NCBI RefSeq assembly: GCF_032062105.1
Contig: NW_026928915.1
Span: 124,001-188,000 of the forward strand
Direction: 5' to 3'
DNA: 64,000 nt
DNA from: Saccostrea cucullata
Taxonomy: Eukaryota
Shown: piece after piece, positions 13,697 through 25,789 of the stretch
Position numbering within the stretch: the stretch's first letter is position 1
How the letters are laid out: each line of letters starts with the position of its first letter
Notes under the pieces: generated by a model
Database searches by the model: none
What the model saw: only the letters and a program-made list of their open reading frames with translations
Told to the model about the DNA's origin: nothing
Made by a program: the position numbers and the translations under genes

Positions 13697-15085
13697 ATGA
13701 GGCTTCATTTACAAACCTTTGTGTTGTTTTTAATATGCTGTTTTGCCTTTTCAGGGGCGCTAAGAAGGTAACATTTGATCATAGCGTATGTATTTTTACA
13801 CAATAACTGTTGCAATCTTTAAGGTCCTTTATTATGTCAAGTGTCATCGGGGTATTGTTTTTTGTGTTCTATCTGTTAAAGCCAGTCTTGATTGACACCG
13901 TAGCTATTTTGAAACATGCTGTTTCATTGTTGATAAAATTTTGAGATCAAACGAAATACGGTTATACAGAGAATATTTCTTTTTATGGTTATTACGGTAA
14001 ATGCGATATTTTGTATGGTTATTACGATAAATACGATAGTCATTTTTTGTGACTGAAATTCAATTGAAATGAAACGAAACTTGTAAGAAAGGCCTTCACA
14101 TATTTTTCAATATGAAATAAAGTATATATCCCAAATACATGTTGTTCTATTTTGTTTATTTTATGTTGATTTTTCCTACAAATAAAAGAGCTGTAATTGT
14201 TTGGTTTTATTAAAGAAAACCTTTTCATTTTTAATGTGGCAACCCTACTACTTGCCATGTAAGTCGAGGGACCTCTGCTTTCCACAGAGTCCTACAACTT
14301 ACTTGTAAATGGCAATGACGTGTTTTTTTTTTTCATTTTGTAATGTAAAAAGACAGTTTGGCAGTATTCAATGCCAGTACTTTGGTTCAGTTCTTTCTGA
14401 AACATAATGTATTTGTTTATTCTTGAACGCTTGAATGTATTTTGCAGAAAATGGGGAGTTGTGGCCCAATCTTGACGCTTGTACGTCAAATGTTTCAAAC
14501 ATTTTATTGATATGTTTTTTTCAATATCGATACGAATTTTTGTTTGAAGGAAGAGAGAATGGTGTAGACCAGTAGATACTGAGTCACAATGCATGCTTGG
14601 TATCTTGGGTAGCTCTTGTCACATGAAGGATGACATGTGTTGTTGTCCACCTATTTTTCCAGGTATGTTACAAAAAAGGACACAGGATATAGGTATTTAC
14701 TGTACGTTTCTATCTTTCTGAGGAACAGAATTAAAAAAAAAAATAAGAACGTTACAAATACTACTATACTATAATTATCAATATATATTCAATAAAAGTA
14801 GTTTTTATATTGCTTTATAATTTTTTTTAATTATAATTTATGCACAACGTTTCATTAGTGTAAATAAGAGAAAATAAGCTATTTCTAAGTCAAGATTTAT
14901 CAGAGAACGTTTGCTGTTAATCTAAATGAGATATTTAACTTCTCCTTTTATCAGGTAAGAGAGAGGCGGGTCACTGTGCTATGGTGTGGGACTGGGTGTG
15001 TCCCCCTAACTGTGAGATGGTGAGGGACTGTCGGACTAGGTGTAACATGCCTGGGGAGTACTGTTGTTGGTGTGCCTCATCTTAA
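13697..15085 (+). CDS. Secreted dual Cys-rich peptide precursor 1 (104 aa, 3 exons)
   Basis: Exons 13697-13767, 14550-14662, 14955-15085; GT-AG introns, phases 2 and 1. Translation MRLHLQTFVLFLICCFAFSGALRRKR-EWCRPVDTESQCMLGILGSSCHMKDDMCCCPPIFP-GKR-EAGHCAMVWDWVCPPNCEMVRDCRTRCNMPGEYCCWCASS*. AATAAA at 15091. Same exon structure as the neighbouring paralogue. Confidence 0.88.
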
Positions 15086-16185
15086 CAACGAATAAAAATA
15101 TTGTCATAAAACTGTTCTTTTGGATCTCTTTAACTCATTTCTGTTTTATCATGATGCTTGTTTGTTTTTTAAAAAGATATATCATGCATTGCTACAGATG
15201 TATTTTCAATCCTTAGTATATTTTTTGTCTGTCTGCATTGTTTTAAAATGCTTTAGGTCTAAAAATCAGTGAGTATTAAACAATTAAAGTATATTAGATG
15301 AGAAGTTGTAAAAGATGATGTTGCTTTAGGTTATATGGCCATTTTTGTCCATGTTTTAACCTTCGTGTTCCTTAACAGTGTCTTTGACCTTGGCTATTCT
15401 CAAATGTAACGCTAATAAAATAGAGACTGTAAAATTTGTTGAAAACCATGCATGCCTCGTTGAAAAAGATCAAAATATATAACAAACTTACTGAAATCTC
15501 AATTAAATCAAATCATGCAAACATGTTCATCAAAGCGGCCTTCTCTAATTGAAATAAGAAAAGTCCTACCGCTTTCTAAGAAAATGCTTAAAATTAGAAG
15601 CATTTCAAGGAGCATAAGGTGTCATCAAAACAAACCTTGGTATGTAACGTCCTAATGAAACAGAGGAAGAGAAATAACCACTTGTTGTATATGGTCTTCT
15701 AGCTATATTTATTACAAGTTAGTTATGTCTCTTCCATTTGTAATATTTATTTTCATTTCAGTCCATGACTCTTTCTCTTTTTTTTTTGAAATATAAAGTA
15801 TTTCTTAAAAATGAAATAAATATGATAATAATTGTATCCACTTCATATCATGCTGCTTGAATTTTAAATTTACTCTTGACGCCATTTTTAATTTCATATC
15901 ATGACAGAAAATTCATTCCAAAAGTTTTGTGTACTATTTAAGATATAAACATACAATTAAGATTTTTTTTTTTTAGATTTATCTGATTTTTCCTCGATCT
16001 ATTGGTATGATCCCTGCTTTATTTTATTGATAGTCTAATCAATTCTTAGATTCTTATTTATGTGTTTTTAACAACATATAATCAAAAAATTACCACTCCT
16101 TCTGCAGAGAGATTTGTCTAGTTAGAATTAGGCCAAGTTCCTAAAGTCGCCTGTAATCTCTATACGTGGACTGATTTCACAAAAA

Positions 16186-17375
16186 ATGAAGCCTGTTCAA
16201 ATTCTGATTCTTTTGGCTTTTGTTGTCGTGGCTCATTCAGCTCGTTGGTAAGATATATTAATCTTTCTTTTTTAAAAGCATTTGAAATTAATTTATTTTT
16301 TAAAAAATCTCAAGGATGACAGAATGGACATGCAGATTCCCCTTAATTCAATTCTTTTAATAATTTGAATAAAGAAATTATTTTGCTTTACCTGAAAAAA
16401 AGAACCAATAATATTAATATTGAATTGTTTTATTGCTTGAAACATCTTAAATAAGCTACAGCATTACATATACCTTTAGTAAGGCATGCATTTATTTTCA
16501 GGACTCGTGAAGACTGTCATTATGCAGAAACAGAAGAGGCTTGTAAATCTGTTTACCTTGGTTACCGATGTCATTTTTCTGTAGATGATAACAGATGTTG
16601 CTGCCCACGTATATTTCCAGGTACAAAAGTTAATTAAACTAGAGTTTTAATTAATTAAAAAATGATTAGACCTTACGGACCGATAGTTAAATGAAAGTAC
16701 ATGTACATTCAAATTCTTACGAAAGAAAAAAATAATATATCTGTAAACGAAGTAGAGTGTATCGCTCGAATACGTTACTTATTATGTTATATATTATCAT
16801 TGAGTTCTGTTTTAAGTTTATATTGATAGGATTGCAAAACTTTCTATGAAAGCAATTTCAATTTTTATCTAGCTGCACTTAATGCACATAACAAAATTTT
16901 TTTGTAGAAAATTGTTTAGTTTATTAGTTCTATACTTACTTATATATTAGAAACGCACTAAAGTAACCATATTTTGACTACATTCTGCTTGTGTTCAGGA
17001 AATTAATTTCACCAAACTGCTTTATTCTTTGAGCGTTTTCTGTGCTGGTAGTAATACTCGAAGTTTTTATTTTTGGAAATTTCGAAACCACCAACACTTT
17101 GGTTGAGAAAATTGCTACACAAATTACTCTTAGCCAATGGTAGCAAAGTTTCGGACCATATCACTATTAAGATTTTCAGTTTGACCAGGGTCACTTAATA
17201 AACTTTGCAACTGTAAATTCTTTAATGTAATAATGTACATTTTGTGTCCTACTAAGTTACATTTTTAACAGGTAAAAGAACATTCCCTTGCTTTGGGAAA
17301 GACGAAAGCCATTGTCATTTACCTTGTCATATGACAGAGGATGGGACCTGCTGTTGGTGTCCACTGGTTGGTTAA
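16186..17375 (+). CDS. Secreted dual Cys-rich peptide precursor 2 (94 aa, 3 exons)
   Basis: Exons 16186-16247, 16502-16620, 17272-17375; GT-AG introns, phases 2 and 1. Translation MKPVQILILLAFVVVAHSARWTREDCHYAETEEACKSVYLGYRCHFSVDDNRCCCPRIFP-GKR-TFPCFGKDESHCHLPCHMTEDGTCCWCPLVG*. Confidence 0.88.
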
Positions 17376-17484
17376 AATATGTCACGTGGTCTGCATTTGC
17401 ATTCGACATAATTTTCACTTTATAAATAGTTACAACCATTTTTATGTGGTTTTAATTTATATGTATGAAATTCACAGCAGTTGG

Positions 17485-17800
17485 GATATAATGACCTCGT
17501 CAGCAAATACATTTTATCATTGAGTCAAATGCTGACTGACATTTTTCATACCAATTGTTAGTCCATTATTTATACACTGAATTGACGCCGGACCGATCTT
17601 TCCGTTATTTCCCGATCGTGACAAAGAACACACGGCGGGTGTGACCGGTCGGCAAGGAATGCTCACTCCTCCATGGCACTTGATCCCACCTCTGATGTTT
17701 TGGAGGTCCAAAAAAAAAGAGGTTTGCTCTGCTCCTAATTTGTATTGTTTTATGGACTTTGATATTGAATACTGTTCGTTATCTCAATATATTTCATTGC
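17485..17800 (+). mobile_element. Penelope-like 3' fragment
   Basis: Well-preserved copy of the ORF end and 3' tail (gagtcaaatgctgactgac...ggcgggtgtgaccggtcggcaaggaatgctcactcctccatggcac...). Confidence 0.8.
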
Positions 17801-18529
17801 AATAGGTTAAACTTACTAGTATATTTTTTTGTTACGGACTCGATATAATACCACGATCGTTGTGCCGTAGAAGACATATCCACTTAGTGGCTTTAAATTC
17901 CAACGGAAAATTATTGCATGTTCATTGAGCATAAAAAGTATGCAAATTTGATACAGGACCAGATATGAGATATGAACTGAGTATTGTAGCCCACCCACTT
18001 TATCAGTTGATTGAAAGCTAGGTATAAGCCCCTGATGGTAGGACAAAGATGGTGATATATTGAAATTGGTTTATATCCTCGAATTTTTTTTTTTACATAT
18101 CGACTTCTCGAAAGTAAACTCTTTGCCAGTCTAATTGAAATTACTCCTTTCATCTCGCTCTTCTTTAATCTATAGTGGATTGATCTTTTCACGAGAGACA
18201 AATAGATAAACGAAGAGCAAGATAAAAGCTCTACTATTAAGTAGATTGATTCTTTGCATTGTTATAATGAGCAGGTAGCCTATCAAGGATTGAAATTCAT
18301 GCCCCCTCGGTCTTATTTGGGCCCAGGGTAGGAATCAGATGATAAAGTTCGGTTTACAATGTACTTTTGATAATAATATTAATTACTGAACATTTAAGAA
18401 GCATAATGTACAGTGTATACAGGTACCTAAAGCTCTGTTCCAAAAGCGGAGGATGATGTATAAGTTGATCATAAATCGAAAATGCGATGTATCTTTATCT
18501 TCCGGAAACAAATTTAAATTTATAAAGAT

Positions 18530-19060
18530 AACTTAAAAATCAAAGAGATATTGATCATATCCGATATAAGAAGCTTATAATACGCAGATAACCTTCAAGG
18601 CCTTTGGACCTATTGTTTTAAATAGAAGCTCTCATGCATATGAAGTTAATAGCTCTCAGTTGATTGATAGAGCAAGAGCATGTTCTATAGTACAATTACT
18701 AGTATTAAAAAAAACGAGATACATGTAGACTGTTGAAAAAAGTTAATGATAAAGGGTATAAAAAATTAGCTTATGTCAACATTTCAGAAATTCTATGGTC
18801 GATACAAAGGCCTTGATTGAAAATATACTCAGTCGTTAGGTCCAATGTTGACTGACGTTCTCAAACGTATTCTTAGGCCATTATTTTCACACAGAATTTT
18901 CTACGGAGTTTTGTGTGTAACCGATCATACAAGGCACAAGGCGGGTATGACCACTCGGCAAAGGATGTCTATTACTCTTTGTCGCCTGATTCCTCCTCTG
19001 TTTTCAAAAGTTCGTAATGCTTATAGTTTGCATTGTTTAAATAGACTTTTGAGGATAATA
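18530..19060 (+). mobile_element. Penelope-like fragment, heavily degraded
   Basis: Remnants ctcagttgatt..gcaagagcatg, ttctatggtcgataca, ggcgggtatgacc. Confidence 0.6.
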
Positions 19061-19824
19061 ACTACTAGTATTAGTTTCTCTTATTTGTTCCGTATTTCGA
19101 AAATTTATTAGAAAAAGACGACAACTGTAACCTTATAACAAAACTAACGAGGAACGTACAATATACACATCATCTGGATACTAGTATGTTGAATGTGTCT
19201 CCCAATACGCGAGTTTCGAGATTGTAACTCTCCTGCGATAGAGGCGCAAAAAGTATCCATTTCAGTATGGAGGTGGGACAGTTTGTTTATGTATACAAAC
19301 GCGCATAAATAAATGAACGATGTTTATGGCTTTTAAAATTTAATTAATGTTATAGAAAGATAAAATGTTAAGCAGTGATGCGTTTTATGATTTTATCAAG
19401 CTCAATTGTGTATATTTACATATCTACTTTCAATTATAGGGTACTTGAAAACGAAATAAACGTCGTGGTCTTTATAAAAAGTAAAAGATTTTCTAGATTG
19501 TACAAACATTGAATTCTCTAAAAAGTAAGTGTTCTTTTGAAGTTATGATAAGGTAAAAAATCCATGTGTCATTTAGATTGCCGACATGTAATGATCAGAT
19601 TCATGTTTACCGTATTTATTAGAGGTCCATATATCTCTTCCCTCGTCTGAAAAGTCTCACATCCTCTGAATTGTCTTTTTTGTTCCGATGTTTTGCTTTA
19701 AAAAATGACACCTTTACTTTAATTCGGTTATTCTCAAGTTGAACAGTGCATCTTTACAATTATAGTTAGATGAACCAGTATATCGATGATGCGATATATC
19801 CAATAATAAATATCTGTCCCACCT

Positions 19825-20960
19825 GTTTGTTTACGCGACAACCAAACTTCCCTCCTCAACGAAAGAGCGCACCAAGGGAGATAATCTCGAAACTTGCGTA
19901 TTGATTCGATACGCAAGAACATGCTCTACGTACAATCAATTTCTAAAACGAGGCAACTATTCACAAACATGATGAAATAATATCAACAGTCTCGTTTAAG
20001 GGGGCCGACTATAGTTTCCATTGCGCAATATTTCGCGCATCATGGTAAAATGAAGCGTATTTACTGTTTTAATGCAACTTTTTTCGCTTAATTATTAAAA
20101 TTAAACAAAATTAAGAAATTATAGGTATAAAAATGTAATTACAATTTGATATAACTGATTTTTTAACCGATTTTGCAATTGATAGGTAGGTTAACGTCGT
20201 TGCAGTGTGTTTTTGACGTTATGATAATCTGTAGCTCTTAAAGAAAGGGATAATAAAAATATCATTAAAGAAAAAGTAAAAAACAGATGCTCTTGAAATT
20301 CAAAATATAGAAATTTGAGAATATCTCCAATATTTTTATTATGTTTTCATGTGAATCCATGGTGTATGTCATATTTTGTATTATACTCTATAAAAATAGT
20401 AAAATTTGCTAATTTTTTGCATTTTGAGATCCCCCCTCTGGTAACAAGACGGTAGAATTTTGTGTTTCTTACATATATTGCATAATATAGTATTATTCAT
20501 CAAATATTATAGTTTGAACAAAATGTCTATTGTAGTATTTGTATAATTTGCTTTAAAGTGCTAAAAATTGGCATTTTCCTATATAATCCTATAGTAAATG
20601 TACCTGTATTTTGAGACGGTCCCTCAAAAATACCTGGACGATAGATTTCCCCCAAACTTTGCATGTACACTGAAGTTAATGTTAGTTATTTATGATATAA
20701 AAATGAAGAGTTTTGCTATTGTAGTTTTCATATAATAAAACTATAGTCGGCCCCCTTAAATCTACATTTCTTAAGTTCTTGGTCGATACAATGATATGTC
20801 AGCAAATACAGTTTATGAAAAATCGAATGCTGACTGGCATTTACACACAGAATTGTCTACGAATGTTTTCATATGACCGATCAGAACAAGGAGCACATGA
20901 CAATAGTGATCGGTCGGCATTTGATGCCTTCTTCTCCATGTCACCTAATCTCAACTCTAA
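19825..20960 (+). mobile_element. Penelope-like fragment split by a MITE insertion
   Basis: Element sequence cagtctcgtTTAA | atctacatttcttaagttcttggtcgataca resumes after the insert at 20000-20755. Confidence 0.7.
20000..20755. mobile_element. Kolobok-like non-autonomous element, TTAA TSD
   Basis: Perfect 18-bp TIR GGGGGCCGACTATAGTTT; TTAA at 19996-19999 and 20756-20759. Purine-purine 5' terminus fits Kolobok rather than piggyBac. Confidence 0.85.
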
Positions 20961-21381
20961 TGATTTTATATTTACATGCTTTCTCCGAAACAATTTTGTT
21001 TCGAAGTTGTTTACTGTTCCTTATCTCCACATCAGACTGCAAAGTTCCAAAACTACGTGGCATGCGTTTAAATATCTGTATTTGCATTTTTTTGTGAATA
21101 TTTGGATTTAAATTAACTTTATGAAAAGCTTTTCATTTTAGAGAGTGTAAACAAACAAAAAAAAAAAAAAAAAATTCGGTTCTTCAATATACGAAGAGTC
21201 GATATTGTCACAACGTTTCCTTAGTGCAAGGCATAATGACTTATCTAAAATTAGTAAAATGAAAACGCAAGGCAAATATTTCACGATCAGTTTATTCTGT
21301 TGATAAAGTGAGTTAACATTAATTTGTTATGTAAACTTAACTTTATTGAGACGTGTTAACAACAAAAAAACTGCACCTTAA

Positions 21382-21815
21382 AGCTGAACACGATAGCAGC
21401 AGGAATAAGTCCGCCATATTCACTTGGTTTCTCGCTATATCTGAAGACCCTTCTTTAAAGCCGCTCACTTAGTCACTTTTCAGTATAATGGGTAGACACC
21501 GGTGTAGACAAATATATGTTCGAAAATAACTGTGTACTTTTTCTAATGCAGGGGAGAAAAGGAAGAAACTTGCAACTGTTGCACAGGGCCGTGCATTATA
21601 TAAACGAACGCAGATGTACATAACTGCAATTGAATGAAAACAAGGGTAATGTAAGATAGCCTTCACGAACACGTGTCGCCATTACACGCCGATACCCGTG
21701 ACAATGAAGAAATCTGGTATAACGTATAACGAATGCGAAAGGTAAACCCTGATACTAATATTGTGGATAGTATGATCGAAAATGGCGTTAGCCTACTTAC
21801 GAATCGTGTTCAGCT
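21382..21815. mobile_element. Kolobok-like MITE, TTAA TSD
   Basis: 13-bp TIR AGCTGAACACGAT; TTAA at 21378-21381 and 21816-21819. Confidence 0.8.
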
Positions 21816-22707
21816 TTAAAACATCATTTTACAAGTACATAAATATACATTCATATTTGGTAAATTATATTCATAAGCTTAATCACAGTAAGCTTTAACA
21901 ATGTTTACCGAATAGAAAAAAAAATAATTGTGCTTTTCGTTTTTAAAAGTTTGCTTTGCTAAAAGAAAGAGGAGGAGAGAGCCCGAAGTCTCTGAATTCC
22001 GAGGAAGAATTTTCTTGAAAATGAATTTAAAATAATTTTAAAAATTCTCTCAAAAAACCTTTTGTTCGTTACTTAATGTTGCCGTATAATGACAAAATGC
22101 TTTCTATGATGTTCGAAAATCGACCGCTCTGCAATCAATCTTATTTATATTTACAACTTTTTAACACTTAAATCAAATTAGGCTTATTGTGAAATTTGGA
22201 ATGGAAATTTAAATATATTGTATGCAGTCAAACATTCATTTTACTTAATAAACATACGTTAAATTAAAAGAAAAAAGATTTTTGATATCGTTATACTTTC
22301 ACCAATATAACCTATGCATTGTGCAATGGAAAAATTTATCAAAATACATGTATAAAAAAGAATAATTCTCTGAAAATTTTAATTATTGTGTATAAATGGT
22401 GCTTCTATCAACAATTTGATAGTTGCTTTTTCATTTTAAAAATTATTTTTTGGCGAAAAAAATTAGTAAAGTTTCAGTGAAGTTTTGCATAATATCAATT
22501 GTCACTTTAACAAAATTCATTCTATGTAAATAATTTCTTAAGACAGCTAATATGGAATTCAGCTGGACGTATTTTTGGTGAATAATTAAATGTTGCATTA
22601 TCTAAAAAAAAAAAAAAAAAAAAAAACTACTTAATTCATCATTTAAATCCATACAAGATGACCCAAAACTTATTCGTATCGAAACCGTTTTTCTCTTTCA
22701 TGGAAAT

Positions 22708-24478
22708 TTACTTAGGTAAGTTGGGATCAAATTCAAATTGTTTTCCTTGGCCTTGCAAGACAACTCCATTTACTGAAATTGAAAATAGGTTAAATCAGTG
22801 GATCTGAAGATAATTAAATAAAACATCCAAACAATCTTACTTTTACTAAATAAAATAAATAAATGAACAAATGCATAAATAAATGCATATTTATTGTATT
22901 CAGTACATTCCAAAGATGGTGCTTTATAGATTTTTTTTGTTTTTGTTTTAAAATACTTGCCTAATTCGGGCACAGAGTCAACGACTCTATCTCCATTAGT
23001 GGCAGTAAGTCGAATGAGGAAAGGCGCCTTGACAGGTCTCTCAATAGGATCCACACCAAATGTCCAGAATCCATCATGGGTGTGAGCAAGGGTGGCCCAA
23101 TTTTGCCACTTCGGTTGAAAGAATTCTACTTTCGTGGCAGGAATTCTACAAAGATTTTGGACAGTTAATTAATGATAAAAAAGATACCCTTTTTTATTTG
23201 AAATGAAGAAAACCTAGAAATGATCTATTTATTAAAAATCATTATGTAACAATTAAAATTTTAAGAATGTACCGAAAGTATTTCTAAATCCTTCCATGTA
23301 GTAATTGTCTCGTCCTTTTATTATATTTTTTTTTATACTTGCCTTGCATTTCTGACTTGAAGCTTGATGTAATAAGGACTGCTCCCTTGAAATTTGTACT
23401 CTAGTGTTGAGTTTCCTACAGGACATTGTATGGCCTGCATTTCCATTCCTAACAACCCATCCACATTCTCAGGTAATGCAGGTACCCCTAAATCAAAGAA
23501 GAAAGAAACCTTGTCTACTGCATATAGAAACCTTTAGATATAAAAAAAAAATCGAGAAAAAAATCTGAATTAAAATTTACCTACCAGGCATACAGTTGGG
23601 ACAAAAATCCTTGACAAAAACTGTAAATGTTCCATCGATCGGCAAGCCTCCATTATATTTACCTGACATGTTTACCTGCAAAATAAAGTTATAAGGTAAA
23701 ATACCAAAACTGAAATTCGTGTTTTAATTGAGCTCGTGATTTTATATTCCGTAAAAAGTTATCTTTCATGAAAAAAAATCTTAAAATACTGGTAAGTTTT
23801 GATTTTTACATATTTACCCAGCATGCTTAAAATATGCACAAAATGGACGAGTTAAGATCACAAAACAGGCAAATTCGGGTAATACATGAAAAGGCATGGT
23901 TTCTTTAAAAAAAAAAAAAAAGTTGCTCAGCAAAACATACCCTATAGCAGACGCCACATCCATATCCACTGTAAAACTGACCAGCGTTGATGGCTATCGT
24001 CCTATCGATGTTCTGTGCAACGGGGGGCATGCTTGGAGGATCGTAGCTACACGTCCCTCCGTGGGTAGCTTCATAAAACATTCCCTGTCCAAAAATGAAA
24101 AAGAAAATGACAGAATTTTTGATTTAATGATTTATCTTCGTCCGACACCTGTAACGTCTACATTCTGAAAACTACAGAATGTAAAGAATTACTTATTGCT
24201 CGTCGTTTTAAAAACAAAATGAGATCAATATTTTTTGAGAATACAGAAAAGGTCCAAAAACTTGAAGCAGTACGAAACATAATAGCCCCCCTCCCCCCAG
24301 CTGAAAGAAATTTCAAAAATGTAGAGGAAATGAACAACTACCTTAAGATTGAAAAGGGTTTTCATTCTACTATACTCACATTTCCTTGATATTTGTATCG
24401 ATAGAGATCTAGAACATCCCTGTTTGTTGTTTGAGCCTGCACTATTCCAAACACGAGAAAAAATATGGCTACAGCCAT
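22708..24478 (-). CDS. Expansin-like protein A (EXLX1/YoaJ-type: DPBB + CBM63-like domain), 242 aa, 6 exons
   Basis: Exons 24478-24380, 24084-23941, 23675-23585, 23487-23343, 23145-22961, 22772-22708. MAVAIFFLVFGIVQAQTTNRDVLDLYRYKYQGNGMFYEATHGGTCSY...IAINAGQFYSGYGCGVCYRV...VFVKDFCPNCMPGVPALPE...QAIQCPVG...FQGSSPYYIKLQVRNARIP...HDGFW...IRLTATNGDRVVD...QFEFDPNLPK*. Exons 2-6 have the same lengths as gene B; introns 4 and 5 use GC donors. Confidence 0.88.
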
Positions 24479-24550
24479 CGTGAAAACAGAAATAATAAAC
24501 AAGGCGTATTTTCCGTGAGATTTTCATCACTGTTTAGCCTGTTTTATTGT

Positions 24551-24557
24551 TTTTATA
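24551..24557 (-). promoter_or_regulatory. TATA box candidate, expansin-like A
   Basis: TATAAAA about 73 nt upstream of the ATG, similar spacing to the TATA of gene B. Confidence 0.5.
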
Positions 24558-25159
24558 TAGATTAACAATTTGTTTCAAGCACGACTTGTCAGCAACAGTC
24601 GAAAGAACGCAAAGATGTCAGTCCCCTGCAAACACGAAGATGGCGGACACAATAAAAATGTCATGGTCACAGTACAGGTGTCTTCTTTCTTTGTACATGG
24701 AGTTTATAAATAATCTCAATTGGAAGAACGATCAATTATCGAGATATATTTAGATGAAAATTAAAAAAGAACGTTGAACCCCTGTTTATTTACAAAGAAA
24801 TCTCAAAACATAATGATTATTTGTAAACAATTCTATGTAGAAAAAATAAAAGTGTATCTATTAATATATCACAATTTCGGTACGTTTAATTGTACGGCTC
24901 ATTATTTTTATTCTACTTTAGAGGAACTTTGATATTGCAAGTGGAAATTCAACTTATTCTCATAGTTACCTTTCTAAACAGAAATTCTTTAAAATAGATT
25001 TAAATATTCTCAATATATTTCCGACAATCAAATGAATTTTAATTAACATTCCTATGGTTCCTTACTACATAGAACCCCTTAGTTTGATAAGAAGGTAATT
25101 CTACCAAGTCTCTTTCTGCATTTCTCTACTTTACTGCAATGAGGGAAAAACTTTATAAG

Positions 25160-25520
25160 ACAAGATGTGTTTGTGAAACACTATGCGCCCGGCAGCAACA
25201 AAATTCGAAAAAGCTATTTTTAGCATATAGGTCACAGTCAAGGTCACATAATCATAGTTCTTTGTGTCATTTGAAAGCACTTAATTAGTGGAGTATGCAT
25301 ACCAAATATGAAGTCTCTATCTCCTATGGTTCGAAAGTTATGGCGAAGTTCGAAAAAGCTATTTTTAGCATATAGGATACAGTCAAGGTTAAAAGGTCAT
25401 TGACCTTGTTGTCAGTTGAAAGTGCTTTTAAATTAGTGGAGTATGCATACCAAAGATGAAGTCTCTATCTCTCACGGTTCAAAGTTATGGCGAAAGTTCG
25501 CAAAACAATATACGCCCTGA
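25160..25520. mobile_element. HINE-like (Helentron-associated) element with ~145-bp internal tandem repeat
   Basis: Two units of ttcgaaaaagctatttttagcatatagg...agtggagtatgcataccaaa...gaagtctctatctc; same family at 62990-63280. Confidence 0.6.
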
Positions 25521-25789
25521 ATATTGGTGTACATCAGGTGTGGATACTTAAACACGCCATGGAACTTTTAAGAACCATAATAAAATTTGAAATCACATAA
25601 TTTTTACAAAACCTTACGATTTTCATCACTTCACACAATTATTTGCAAGACCGTTTATTAAAAACATTCTGATTGTGTATACAAATCTTCGAAGTTGATA
25701 ATTAAATGATGCCCGAGTTCCTGATTGACATTACTGAGTATCAATATACCAGTAGTTTTTGGAGTTTAAGCCCTCCTACAATATGTCAA

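Noticed and set aside
17840-18200. Possible very old L1/Tx1-type RT remnant on the minus strand
   Set aside because: Only vague motif resemblance across several frameshifts; needs a translated HMM search.
24531-24664. Apparent broken first exon for expansin A (MTFLL... / QIVNLYKN)
   Set aside because: Needs a frameshift and a stop and has no donor. An intact exon with signal peptide and GTGAGT donor exists at 24478-24380; the resemblance overlaps the TATA box and looks coincidental. Gene A is therefore not called a pseudogene.
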